63,387 bases of DNA, filler included, from Saprolegnia diclina VS20 (GCF_000281045.1; 6 parts of 4 records of this genome joined end to end with filler, not necessarily neighbours in it); one strand, 5' to 3'. Shown: positions 13,001 to 22,720, numbered from the whole stretch's first letter. Notes: a model not told the origin generated them from the sequence alone. A program made the numbers and translations.

Positions 13001-13411
13001 GACGCCCTTGGACGAGCCAGGAAACCCCAAGCAATAGCCGAAAAGGGCAGCGCCGCCGCTTGCTCGGGCCACAACGTCGTCGTCTGTCGGCGTGACATCC
13101 GTGGCCGACACTTGGTAGCTCATCTGCGTGAGCATCTTGTCGAGGACGGGAAGACGCAGGAGGAGCGTCGGCGAGTCGAGGAGCATGTCGTCGCTCACGA
13201 TCCAGTGCGACACGCCGAGCGCCGAGGCAAGCTGGTTGAAGTGCGCGACCACTTCGTTGATCTCATCCTCGTGGCCTGCGCGGACGGCGTCTTGGAGGTG
13301 GGCAGAGGCCTCGATGGCCTCGGCCAACGTCTCGGCCAGACCCATGGCGTCCGTGCCGTTGAGTGTGCCGTTGAGTGTGCCGTTGGGACTGACCACAGAT
13401 GGTTTGGACAT
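7049..13411 (-). CDS. Very large inducible GTPase (GVIN1/VLIG/URGCP-like) with N-terminal MACPF-like motif, 2120 aa, single ORF
   Basis: G1 VLSVMGVQSSGKSTLLNSMFG (~9843-9880), G2 region VARCTRGV, G3 LLLDTEGIQSPE, RDNRMASVAI, C-terminal CGKPCPRCFCPC..GH..HDTYHQPVGL, and N-terminal FDYGSHVCSGVFHVGGI (~12640-12690). Confidence 0.85.
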   Translation of the reverse strand: MSKPSVVSPNGTLNGTLNGTDAMGLAETLAEAIEASAHLQDAVRAGHEDEINEVVAHFNQLASALGVSHWIVSDDMLLDSPTLLLRLPVLDKMLTQMSYQVSATDVTPTDDDVVARASGGAALFGYCLGFPGSSKGVEAAILQPPTHCTLEAPTLGRDFRDTWFPSAAAAKDFCAAVRSSRPTRHCGIYDLPLRGTSVVHVAYAIVPMKAFALDVLSTPLTASAVADGARVTDVVTAQNFLFDYGSHVCSGVFHVGGIIWKKVQVSTTTDEATALLQAACPAMGSCDFSINYSSFPYQSCIDVCESTLHDARQTRCDIMTEIKCTGPDALSFAIFEQRLVLDPATWHVIVRPTTRVGVWDLLAAAGFERAASLVRDAWLDLVSKRDLPSDVAAAVRAVYVEVWLHDPTIGTELKHTRVACANAAAVAISHLFDASTADTVESKALVDVALLALRFDIEFHQTFLVDWLCEPRLHAALCRLVAANDLVAMLELGAIYTNVLNAVLVEAGINLDAAVDEALQRAGQLAALRKDAPKVQSAMHTWCVPALDVRDVPIAVKILLDVFSKAAMPDDALLTARVGELIATNISPSGHKELSGIAHKFGCTDDGFQSTLTREHILAMADAMLTALGDGATAESSDEEELPAPVLVKSEPPGPVIQQPMSHLLTVVTKPNKTTDLPGLIWYTLKHRLSLVKELYTTTSGVKRKRADRQVQDASPPGPVVFDGLLSLLDSLTPTARAEVYRLLLDRRYLVPFLVPSTYDELRSEAGALGLVKTRLDKGQASLMRDTSVTRVAVVSEQPTRSSVTKDWIKNVFHVDSVHCLDRTHGNNVTNAAVVAELGWGFVQENTEFTTVMVLHVIGDYMLLAPFITQFADVLVVDTGARPVRLTLPRGTVLHWCHSNDDEDESYLDDKVHIVSVALACPMSTSYERITAHILQEPHDAPKQLVDQLSLPSLVQRDWLMRQRVAGMLAGTDFATLRTKKLRLQRRFAHESELRIALQRETSVPNQAVLRQRIASSEAVHKKVVRVVSQTPLLEYFLYVLKRPDVADREMRIIDLERRLAECGEAITAKAQAECSRAFVALSEVDDEDTRAAYASALATWSNMVTGLEHLWRELSHMFTADPDVYAYLPSLAVQHLLDGFSLELMDGDAGMVNDKWIRAILRCLDEALPANTRVFVLSVMGVQSSGKSTLLNSMFGVRLRTSVARCTRGVNLQLLACDNGGAYDYMLLLDTEGIQSPEYVGVEGTVWRDNRMASVAILPADATIILTKGESTNTINDVLPIVLSAFANSELAAASGGHLATKLYFAFNQIDVTQRSSMVTSLRALLDSLRSSAKQIATVRQSQAATATSFLRDFSTDMTDETTSAVRFLGLTQGQTTPPNDVPLPDFGDRLVRFRDFMHMTAVNDGAWQARTVGELSESLDLVWMCLQSANFELDFASAHERVVYDRLVQAMAMHTQELAKIYSEAFDLVLQTMSADSADDKAPDGDRSSKYELLLAHHVESTVASLDAVVMATLNQNEFAKWATAMEATWHEKKQRQASHSVRLVQSKVQHLFDFDAITKAYKEELQAAIVDHNAKCGPEATLAAFDTIFNAILDKARHARPALATHVPKLVHDVLHGNNIFTPDELRLLTSNDDDASFLQSAWQSARNWVRRDEPSRDAKVADAVRDRVCSDLADVDRYADDVALTCVMSIKRLLSTMQLKPSELKVGLRALHETLTTALQQRQARWDAVNSVVAKFEAFRPSMLCFAQSVCDGQKAAQLLSTTLNEWLGLHLTKAFEEEVVSVVASALKDARWVRTADAMQAALDKDLLQLLRKREMDAVLNHIKLPVEHAAGVMSHLVLAQVQECHLRVAEKLVRDVEDSIVSASAVARDAATKRSKVFVHALRLKLQSRLKCSGTSALIESLPSVAGLLMNCDDQGPSVFALRAHRDGLSVPQSLLARLKALDVHLGPSVLWSSSIAHKIVKAIHNEAYGAVDGIMPRCGKPCPRCFCPCTKALGHVSTTDDALHDTYHQPVGLTGISWNKTNELVESSCATSVVENNVFVFTSGRRPYKEFETIYPGWALPRVTKFLPLREYIFANCQTELVQKYNKLKCSNIPASYTHDIGDLEKHLDRLLR

Positions 13412-13707
13412 GCTCTGTCATTTGACCAATCACATGCTGTAGCTGACGTATAGCTGGCCAATCCTCGTGCCTGATGGTGGGCCAAGATTCGCTTGGTCGT
13501 TGCGGTCGTTGCCACGGCAACTGAAATGACATTAGGAGTTGGCATGGGCGTGCAGGTTCCACCGAATAATGCCAAGAGTGCTAGTACATGAAAACAATGT
13601 AATTTTTACCCTCGAAGGCGCTGTCGTTGCTGGATAAGAAAGTCCTTTGATAACGTTGCTAGTATAGCTAGTTCAAATTGCTGGATCGCGTGAGTTTGAT
13701 GCGATAC

Positions 13708-13934
13708 TATCCGGGATTCCGGATACGGGACGCATGCGGCTCCAGGCCCGATGCTGAGGCGCGTGGTGGCCGGCAAAACCCCAAAAAATGAAATCGCTCA
13801 TACTTGGCATGCTGGTAGAATGGACGTCTGGGATCCCAAATCCCATCGTCTCGTCGCCGTGCGAGCCATATAGCGGAAGAAATCAACCACCAAAGTTTGT
13901 CTCGCGCGGTCTCACTGTAGGAGTCTTTGGGCAG
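13708..13934. repeat. Dispersed ~227-bp repeat, copy 1
   Basis: Highly similar, in the same orientation, to 19550-19776 (TATCCGG(G/A)ATTCCGGATACGG ... AGGAGTCTT(T)GGGCAG). Confidence 0.9.
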
Positions 13935-14127
13935 GGTGATGCCGGCCACACCAGGCTTGACCAAGTTGACAGCAAGAAGACCCACAATGATCACCAGCGT
14001 CGTCACGATCTCAATGTAGATGAACGACTTGAGCGAGAGCCGGCCGAGCGGCTTGAGGTCGTTGTTGCCGGCGACACCGACAACGAGCGACGAAAACACG
14101 AGCGGAAACACGATGAACTGGATCGGC
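13935..14127 (-). pseudogene. Fragment of a dicarboxylate/amino acid:cation symporter (DAACS/DctA-GltP family)
   Basis: PIQFIVFPLVFSSLVVGVAGNNDLKPLGRLSLKSFIYIEIVTTLVIIVGLLAVNLVKPG corresponds to DAACS TM2-TM3. It is only about 65 codons and abuts the repeat. Confidence 0.75.
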
Positions 14128-15982
14128 TATCGGCGCCAGCCTTGGCACCGCTGGTCGTGCCGAAGGATCACATCTAGGATCTCTATCGTGAGGCATGTGC
14201 GACCGCGCTACTTTTACGGTACAATTACGTTAACATAACGCAGCATACCGTCAAAGTACGGTATGCCACGTCATTTTAATTACAAAACTGAAATAAAAGA
14301 AGATCGAGAGTTAGAGGCCCGATCACACCATCTTCGGTAACCTTCGTTGCAAAACCTCATGGGACTTCGAGAAGACACTTTTGGTGGTGGTGGTGAGAGC
14401 TCTAATGCCGAAGTGGACTGTACACATGCATTGTTCACTCCCCGAGCCCTGATATTTTCTACAATTGTGTCGAATGTTAATTCGTTGGATATTTCCAACC
14501 AAAGCGACTGTGTTCGTGTGGGTGGCTGCGGTGGTCAGCGTCACGTCGAGGGGTTTTCTCGACACAAAGGCACGTCTGAATTACTTGAAGTCGGTGGCCC
14601 TTCTTCACAACCATTCTTTTCAAGTGTGAGCCACGAGGCTTTTGCAGGCGGCATGAATGTTGGTGGTGACGAAGCGTGGACGCCAATGGAAACGTTGAAC
14701 TCAGTGGAGATTTTGAGCAATCAGCCATGAGCTATCCCACACCCGGCAAGGCAGTCGATGCGTAGTGTCCTCGTCTTCGCGACCGAGTAAAGCAAGAGAC
14801 TACGTATAGCTCTACGTATGGGCTTGCTGGTGGCACACTCCCATGTCCACGCTCGACGACAATATATCTTGTTCGACTCGAGAGCATTACCAATCGGAGC
14901 TCGATCCAATCACCCGAATCTTCGAACTTCGTTTTTGGGATTTTGTTGCTGGGATTTACCCTTTGGGCATATTGCATTTTGCACGCATTTTGCAAGCCTC
15001 GTCTTGATATTGCACTTCACCGACCTCTCTGCAATGCATCCAACTGCGTTTCAGTATAATCGATACGTATGGGCGCTTGCCTTTCATAAACGGAGTTAAT
15101 TGCTGCGCTTTCTAGGCAAATGCACTCCAGCATTGATGTCGTCGTCGCGAAGATTTGTGATTGCATGCGTGAGGAATACGCTGTCAGTGTGAGTGCGACG
15201 ACGTTGTGCTGCTTGTGGTCGTGATTGTGAGGTGAGACTGGTGTCTTTGATTCACACAGCTCCTATCCAGCTCAATTCAATTGCAAATGGCGGACCAGCA
15301 CCAACTCCAGTCGAGCTGCAGGTACACTACTGCATCACCATTGTCATCATTGTGTAGTTGATCCTCCTTTGCACATTGAGTGTGAGAGAAAACATGCATT
15401 CGGATGATTGGGTTCAAACGTTCGATAATCAAGGACCTTTCTAGATCGTACCAGCGCAATTTTTATCAACGAAATGCGGGCTGGGGTCGCCTGTCTTGCT
15501 ATCAAGCACCCATCCTCGAGCTATTCGACCAGCACAAATTAGGGTACATACTTTTGCTTATGGTGGTCGCTTCTCCTTCATTTGTTCATGGCCGCTCAAT
15601 CCGCGTCATCATCCGCTCGAGTGTGCTGCTGGCTCCTTGAAACGCCGCGTCATATTGCCCCAAGCACACCAAAAACCCAAAACTTCGACCGACCTTTGTC
15701 CCAATATAATAAATGGATTTAATTCTGAATACCAATACTCTGTCATACAATACGAAATCGGAGGCGCGACATCGAAGTATAACAATCCAGAGCTTCGACC
15801 ATCATTCATGCGAGCTACACTCGCTGGACCATTCCGCTGCGATTGGCCGGCGCAATTCCAAGCGGTTGAGGCTCTTCATTCGAAGGCCAGCGCAGAGAGG
15901 CCGCCCGACTCCGACCTTGGCTGCTGCTGCATGCGATGAGAACAGGCCCGCTTGCAAACGCGCTCTTCCGAGCGAACCCGGC

Positions 15983-16652
15983 CATGCGCGGCTCGACGAC
16001 GCCAGCCTCGTCGACGACCTCGACGACACCCGCTTTGGCATCGGGCCCAGCGACGGCGACCGCGCGAAGCCTTGCGCACCTGCCGCCGTCACAGCCAAAC
16101 CTAATCTCTCGCGAGCGCCATCCCGTATGCCTTCGTGATAGTCTCCCGGCAGCGCGGCCGCGCCTGGCGTACGTGGCGCCGCCAAAAGCGACGCCGACAC
16201 CGCCGGCGCCACCGGCGATCGACAACCCGTTCAGCGACTGGGTCGACTACCGTGCGCCTGTACGCCCACCCAACCCAGCGGCTGACGACGACGACGAGGA
16301 TCTCCTCGAAGATCTCGACGAATTTGCGCTCGGGCCGCCACCGCCACCGGCGTTCCCGTGCCGGCTGTCACCACGGTACAGCGGCTGCAGTACCGACAGC
16401 GAAGGCGGCGGCGTCGACGACGAGCACTACCTCATGACCCACGACATGGGCCTCGGCTCGAGGCGGGCGAAAGCCATCGAGCAGGCGCAGAGACAGTTTC
16501 GGTGCTACGAACTGGACTGTCTTCTCGACCACGACAATGTCCCACCGCCGATGCTCCATCGAGAGCAGGCGCAGCTCTTTGTGAGCCAAGAGCTCGTGCC
16601 GCTGGCGTGTCAAAAGTGCGGGCGCATCGAGTTGGTCGCCATTACGTACTGA
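15983..16652 (+). CDS. Hypothetical Pro/Thr-rich low-complexity protein with terminal CxxC
   Basis: GC3-rich ORF from ATG ~15983 ending ...PLACQKCGRIELVAITY. No recognised family. Confidence 0.55.
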
Positions 16653-17511
16653 CGACGAGCTGTCTGTGGATTTAAGTTATGGCAAAAACCCGCGGGACGG
16701 GTGTGATAACAGTTGTCGGAGGCAACAACTACGATGATCAATATTACAACTGCCGTCCCTTGATTGCAGCTCGTGTCCAGCGTTCATACTCGCTGCCGAC
16801 GATGACACCACCCACAAGCAGCGCGAAATGGCCGGCACAGCTACGGGCACGTGTCCCACCAGCGAGACGCTGGAAAGCCTTTCGGAGCTACCTTTCCGTC
16901 CGTATCGCACGCTCGCCAAGGAAGCTCATACGAGTTGATTTTACTTGTGAGATCTCCGGGGCTGTGGCGCTACTATATCGCACGCGTGTCGCTGTGCCGA
17001 TACTCGACCGTCTCTTACGTCATATTGTACAACAGTGCCGGATGTGCAATCGCGTGATAGTAGCTGCTTTGATCGTGAGAGCAGCAGCGGGAAGGGGCGT
17101 CAGCATCGCGCGGAACACTCGGTTGTTGCATTCAAGCCAAGGACTGCACTAGACGCAAGCACGCAAGATCGGCCAGAGGGCACGATTGGACGACCTGTGA
17201 TCCGAGAATGGCGTTACGACAGCGTCACAGAGGGAGCCGGCAACCGACGACGGCAGTTGCATCGCAGCAAGATATCTCGTATCGGATCAAAAGCGCGCCA
17301 TTTTCCTGTCTGAAGTCTGGATACAGAAATAATACAAGATAATTGGCGATAAACGCTGTATCCAGTCTTCATACAGGAAAATGGCTACTCACCAAATCCA
17401 AGTTTTCTCTCAATATGTCGATCTGGAAGCTCTACTATGAAGGCTCCTTTTATGGCCCGCGACATTATGAAGAAGATGGTCGTGCGGGTTTTGCGTTTTC
17501 CCTCCCTTTGA

Positions 17512-17597
17512 TCAAGAGAACGCGGGCCTCAGATCCGAGGGCGATGAGCTCAGAAATGAGGTCATCGCCCTCGGATCTGAGGCCCGCGTTCTCTTGA
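17512..17597. repeat. Foldback palindrome: perfect 36-bp arms, G.G mismatch, 4-bp stem, GAAA loop
   Basis: 17512-17547 is the exact reverse complement of 17562-17597; the centre is g-CTCA-GAAA-TGAG-g. Confidence 0.95.
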
Positions 17598-17844
17598 CCG
17601 AGCATGTTGGCAAGCACCTCGCTCTCGTTGGCAAGCACGTCGCACTCGTTGAGGTGGGCCACTCTCGCTCGAAGCTCGTCGCGGGTTTCTGCCGTTTGCG
17701 CCTGCAACCCGTCGATGTGCTGGAGGTCTTCTCGAATACTGTCAATATATCGAATACTGTCAATATATATACTGTTGTATTAGCAATTTCTCTAGTCCTT
17801 TTACTAGAAAAAACTAGCAGGTCTTCCAGTGCCTTGGCGACGGA

Positions 17845-18399
17845 TGGGGCGCGGGTCGGGCATTGTGTTTTCGCAGTTTGTCAACATGCTCGACCTCATT
17901 GAGCACCGCCTCGAGCTCGCGGGCATTCGCTGCGTGAAGCTCTCGGGCAGCATGCCCATGACGATGCGCGAGAAGCTGCTCACGCTCTTCCGGGACGACC
18001 CGAAGCTCACAATCTTCCTCATCAGTCTCAAGGCCGGTGGCGTCGCGCTCAACCTCACGGTCGCGTCCCAGCAATTGTGCTACGAGTGGCGCGTCGGCGA
18101 CTAATGGTGACTAGCATCTTCCTCATGGACCCGTGGTGGAACCCGGCGGCCGAGCACCAAGCGATCGACCGCACGCACCGACTCGGGCAGTTCAAGCCCA
18201 TTCGCGCGACCCGGTTCATCGTTGCCAACACGATTGAAGACCGCATCTTGAAGCTGCAGGTGCGTCGGCCTCTTCTCGGGTGCAAATGATGATGCTGTTG
18301 TAGGAGAAGAAGCAGCTGGTGTTTGAAGGCACGGTGGGCTCCAGCACGGCGGCGCTTGGGCGTCTCACGGTCGAAGACCTCCGCTTCCTCTTCCACTAG
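17845..18399 (+). pseudogene. RAD16/RAD5-like SNF2 helicase, C-terminal (HELICc) fragment only, two introns retained
   Basis: [36 protein letters not shown] / [35 protein letters not shown] / EKKQLVFEGTVG..LTVEDLRFLFH*. No SNF2_N or RING region is found upstream. Confidence 0.8.
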
Positions 18400-19177
18400 T
18401 ATCGAGTTGATTCTTTCTTATATGGCTCTAAGCTTCGTTGATTGTNNNNNNNNNNNNNNNNNNNNNNNNNNNNNNNNNNNNNNNNNNNNNNNNNNNNNNN
18501 NNNNNNNNNNNNNNNNNNNNNNNNNNNNNNNNNNNNNNNNNNNNNNNNNNNNNNNNNNNNNNNNNNNNNNNNNNNNNNNNNNNNNNNNNNNNNNNNNNNN
18601 NNNNNNNNNNNNNNNNNNNNNNNNNNNNNNNNNNNNNNNNNNNNNNNNNNNNNNNNNNNNNNNNNNNNNNNNNNNNGCGAGCGAATGAAGAAGAAGGAGA
18701 TTGCTAGTCTCTACGTATGCGAAGTCTTTGTGTAATTATGAAGATAACGCGAAACACGTTCATAGCCGGCGCGCCACCGCCGCAAGAGCCTTTCAATATC
18801 CAGTAATCTATAATCTATTTCACCATTCATGACGAAAATCGCACTTGGAGGCGCGCGGCCGCACGATCACCGACTACGTGTACCTTAGTACAAGGTAGAG
18901 GAAAAGGATTTGCGGGCCGCGCGGCCAAACGTGCGGGGCGCAGCGATTGAGGAGGGCGATAATATTGGTGGGCAGGAACGAGGTCAAGCTACATGCCCAG
19001 TACATCACAATTGAGCTTCATGTATAGCATCGATAGGGTGGACATACCTTGGACGTTGGCCTTGGCGGAAGGTCGGGGAGGACGCGCGCCGGGTTGGCCT
19101 TGGCGACGTGGGGCTCGTCGAGAGCCGGCGTACTAGAGGCAAGAGCCTGATATAGAGACGACAGTGTGAGACGACCG

Positions 19178-19222
19178 ATGTAGGAGGAGGTTGGGAGTTA
19201 ACCGCCCAACCTCCTCCTACAT
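19178..19222. repeat. 18-bp perfect inverted repeat hairpin
   Basis: ATGTAGGAGGAGGTTGGG-agttaaccg-CCCAACCTCCTCCTACAT. Confidence 0.9.
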
Positions 19223-19341
19223 GACGCCTCGGCTCGGCCTCGCTCGACGTTAGCCACCGGACAACTTGCCACGCGGTCGTGCATCGCGATCGTAAACTGA
19301 CGCCTGGTGGATATTTATTACTGGCACCGTGCTAGTAATAC

Positions 19342-19440
19342 ACGAGAGCGAGGTGCTTGCCAACATGCTTGGTCAAGAGAACACGGGCCTCAGATCCGCG
19401 TTCTCTTGATCGAGCATGTTGGCAAGCACCTCGCTCTCGT
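19342..19440. repeat. Second foldback palindrome (45-bp arms, 3 mismatches, 9-nt loop) related to 17512-17660
   Basis: 19342-19386 pairs with 19396-19440; the right arm and its downstream sequence match 17584-17662. Confidence 0.92.
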
Positions 19441-19549
19441 TGGCAAGCACGTCGCACTCGTTGAGGTCGGCCAATCTCAAAAGGTGCGTAAAGCGAAAGA
19501 GCGCACCCAATCCTCGAGGTCATGCATGCATCGGGTTGGGTGCTCATTG

Positions 19550-19776
19550 TATCCGGAATTCCGGATACGGAACGCATGCCGCTCCAGGCCCGATGCTGAG
19601 GCTTGTGGTGGGCTGGCAAACGCTCAAAAAATGAAATCGCTCATACTTGGCATGTTGATAGAATGGACGTCTGGGATCCCAAATCACATCGTCTCGTCGC
19701 CGTGCGAGCCATATAGCGGAAGAAATCAACCACCAAAGTTTGTCTCGCGCCGTCTCACTATAGGAGTCTTGGGCAG
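19550..19776. repeat. Dispersed ~227-bp repeat, copy 2
   Basis: Direct match to 13708-13934. Confidence 0.9.
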
Positions 19777-20059
19777 CTGTGATTTCCCACGAGATTGTTG
19801 CCGCCATACTCCTATTTCTTGTCGACATACCCAACGAGACTATAGACATCGTCGATCTCGCACGTGATGGGTGACTTGTCTGAAATTGGCACTTGTGGGC
19901 CACGGCCTCGACTACATCGCCACCATGGCGAGCCTTGTCGGTCCCATCCTCGACACGCTCGTCAGTGGCTCGCACTTCTGAGGCTGCCTCCAAGCTGATA
20001 CCTTCATCGCGCCGCGATCCGAAGCAGCGACTGATGCGCTTGCCACGCCGCTGGTTGAT

Positions 20060-21060
20060 TGATGCACATCAAAACGAGAACCCGCAATCGGCGTTGAAGT
20101 TCGCTTTCACATGTCGCGTATTGCCTCTGCATACAAACAGTAGTATAATCAGTTGAAGAACTTGGCACGCGCGAATCTCTACGCCATTGCCGCAGACGCT
20201 GGTTGATGGGTGGCACCAACGCGGCGACACTGGCGGCGACGTCCATGTCGACAGCGTACATGGACGCCCTTCAGAGCCTCGATGGCACGGTGCAGATGAA
20301 TGGCAAGTGCGCTCTAACGGGCGAGCTCTCTGGTATTGGCGCGCCCAAACTTGGCGTTGACGGGTCACTGGGCTGAAACCCGTCGCCGGATCTGGTGCCG
20401 GTCAAGCAGCCAGCGTCGGTTGTCGCCAGTCTTGGCACGGCGCCGCTTTTCGTGCCCAAGGAGCACATTTACTTTATCCAAGGCGCAAGCGTGGGCGCGC
20501 TACCTCGACGACTGGACGCGGCGCAACATCACGAGCGTCCTCAAGCCCACGTGTCGATGCCTCCAGCTGCATCTCTCGCACGTGACGATCGACGGCCCCG
20601 GCGCGCGACACCGTTCCTACCTCGGCTCTGGCGATCGATGCCAACGCTACAGAAGGTGCCTTCGGGCTTCAACGGGTCGGGCCACTACATGCTGCGCTTC
20701 CATGCTCGGTACGGTGACGTCCTCGCCGCCTACAAGAAGGTCCTCGGGCCGACGAAGGCAAGTCTGCGCGTCTGGACCCAAGTCGGGGCTCAAGCGCAGC
20801 GCCAGCGGGACGCGGCTATGGCAGCGTACCTGGCCGGCGAGCGCGCGGCGCCGACAAAAACCGACGCAGATGCAGTCATTGCGGCGCTCGAAGCTCAGCA
20901 GCCGCTATTGCAGACGCCAACACCGATTGTCGGCCGGGACAGCCGCCCCCATGGGTACGAGTCTGACGAGTTTGATCGCTACTACTACAGAAACGATGAC
21001 ATACAAGCAGTCTGTATGCATGAGGGAATGAGCATCGCAAGCAAGGACCTCATGACATAA
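20060..21060 (+). pseudogene. Internally deleted, frameshifted paralog of the 36653-40147 gene, including its upstream region
   Basis: 20060-20600 aligns with ~36500-37035 (PVKQPASV.AS.G.APL.VPKEHIYF.QG), then jumps to ~39170-39300 (RF..R.GDVLA.YK), then to ~39925-40120 (LGPT.ASLR.WTQ.GAQA.RQRD). Confidence 0.85.
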
Positions 21061-21177
21061 TCTAAGGGATACGCTAGGATAGAAGCAAGAATAGAGAAGT
21101 TGAGACAAGATAGGATGCGTAGTATAGATTAGTATAGGTTAGAGGTCGTATTTTCACCCGTGGCCGTCGTCAAAGAG

Positions 21178-22705
21178 TCAGACGGCACCCGCAGTGTTGC
21201 CCTTGCCGTACCCATTGTTGTACTCTTCCGGGTAGATTTCGAGCCAGGCTGCATGCAACGACGCGTAGTGTTCGGGCTGCGTGAGCTGCCACCCCATCGG
21301 GTCCTCGGCCCAGAGCACAAAGATGGTCGTGACCGCGCTCGCCATGAGCGACATGAGCACGTTGTTGACGATGAAGCCGACGATGAACGCGCCAAAGCCA
21401 ACGACATACTCGGGGTCCTTCAAGCCAGGAAACTCGGCTTCGTGGCCCGGGCGGTTGACCAAGCTCATGCCAAACCACGCCGTGAGGAGACCGACGGCGA
21501 TGTTCCCGAGGAAGAAGACCTTGCCCGTGAGGTCGTCGTTGACGATCGCTGTCCAGCCCTTTGCAGCAAAGAGCGCCGAGACGTGCTGGCCCGCTGTGAC
21601 AAACGAATAGCCGTGGATACCAACGTACGCGTAGGCGAACCGGTTAAAGGTCTCGACCCACGACCGAATGCAGCCAATGATGCACGCGACGCAGGCAATG
21701 AGGCAGGCCGCAATGCAGTTGCCGCTCTGCCCCACGAGGCTCGAGAGTACGTTGAGCGTCGTCTCGATGGCTTCAAGGATCGCGACGAGGAGCGACCCAA
21801 AGCAGATGCTGCCGAGGTTGAGCGTCACCGCGCGGAGCCAGGACGCGATCGTGAGGCACGGCGCCGCCGCATTGACCTTCCAGCTCGCGACCGTGCCCGA
21901 GACCGTGACGGCGACGATGTTCTTGACGACCGACGCGCCCCAGTAGAGCACGAGGAGCATGCCAAAGAGCGACCCGAGGAAAGGACCCCACTTGATGTTG
22001 ACGTTGCAGTCGCTTAGCGTCGCCGCGCTCTTGCAGGTGCTGTTGATGACGAGATAGTCTTGGTGGTGGGCGAGGCCGAACGCGCCAACGACCCACGTGA
22101 TGCCCCATGCAAATTGGACGCCCGCCATGAGCATGCCCACGAGGAGCGTCATGGGCAGGCGGAAGAGCGCGCAGCCCGCGACCTTGAGGTGCTTGGCCGC
22201 AAAGCGCACCCGGTTCTATCAAGAGAAACTGTCAGCGACGCGATTCAAGGGGGACGCGTGGACGTACCCGGATGCAGATCGAGTAGAGAAGCAGCAGCAG
22301 CGAAAGCGTGCCAAAGACAACCGCGGGCCACCAGTAGTAGTCAATCTTGCGGTCGTAGAGCTCCTTGGTGAAGAAGATTGCGGCGGCGGCGCTGGCCGCG
22401 ATGAGGAGGCCGAGCGTCGCCCAGATGAGAAACTCACCGAGAAACATCATGACGACGATCCACAAGAGCGACGCGCCGAGCGCGAGGAAGCCGCAGTACG
22501 TCACGTACTGCATGACCATCTTGAAGCCGGTCGAGCTGGTCGCGTCCGTGACTTCGGTCGCGGTCACGAGCGCCGGGCCGTAGCTGCCGGCGAAGAAGAG
22601 CGTCATGATGAGGACACCGAGGAAGATGGCGAGGAAGAAGACGTCGTTGCACTCGCGCTTGGCGCCTTCCTGCTGCGCATGGTACGAGTCGCGCTCTCGG
22701 GCCAT
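21178..22705 (-). CDS. Choline transporter-like protein (CTL/SLC44/PNS1 family), 2 exons
   Basis: CNDVFFLAIF, LGSICFGSLLVAI and FNRFAYAYVGIHGYSFVTAG..IVNDDL; GT-AG intron 22216-22267 restores the frame (SICIR/NRVRFAA). Confidence 0.9.
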
Positions 22706-22720
22706 TCGCAAGTCGGAAGC

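Noticed and set aside
14280..15900. Short ORFs in AT-richer DNA and a 9-bp hairpin at 14243-14266
   Set aside because: No recognisable family, and the hairpin is short enough to arise by chance.
17732..17775. 18-bp tandem duplication TCGAATACTGTCAATATA
   Set aside because: Simple slippage; no further structure.
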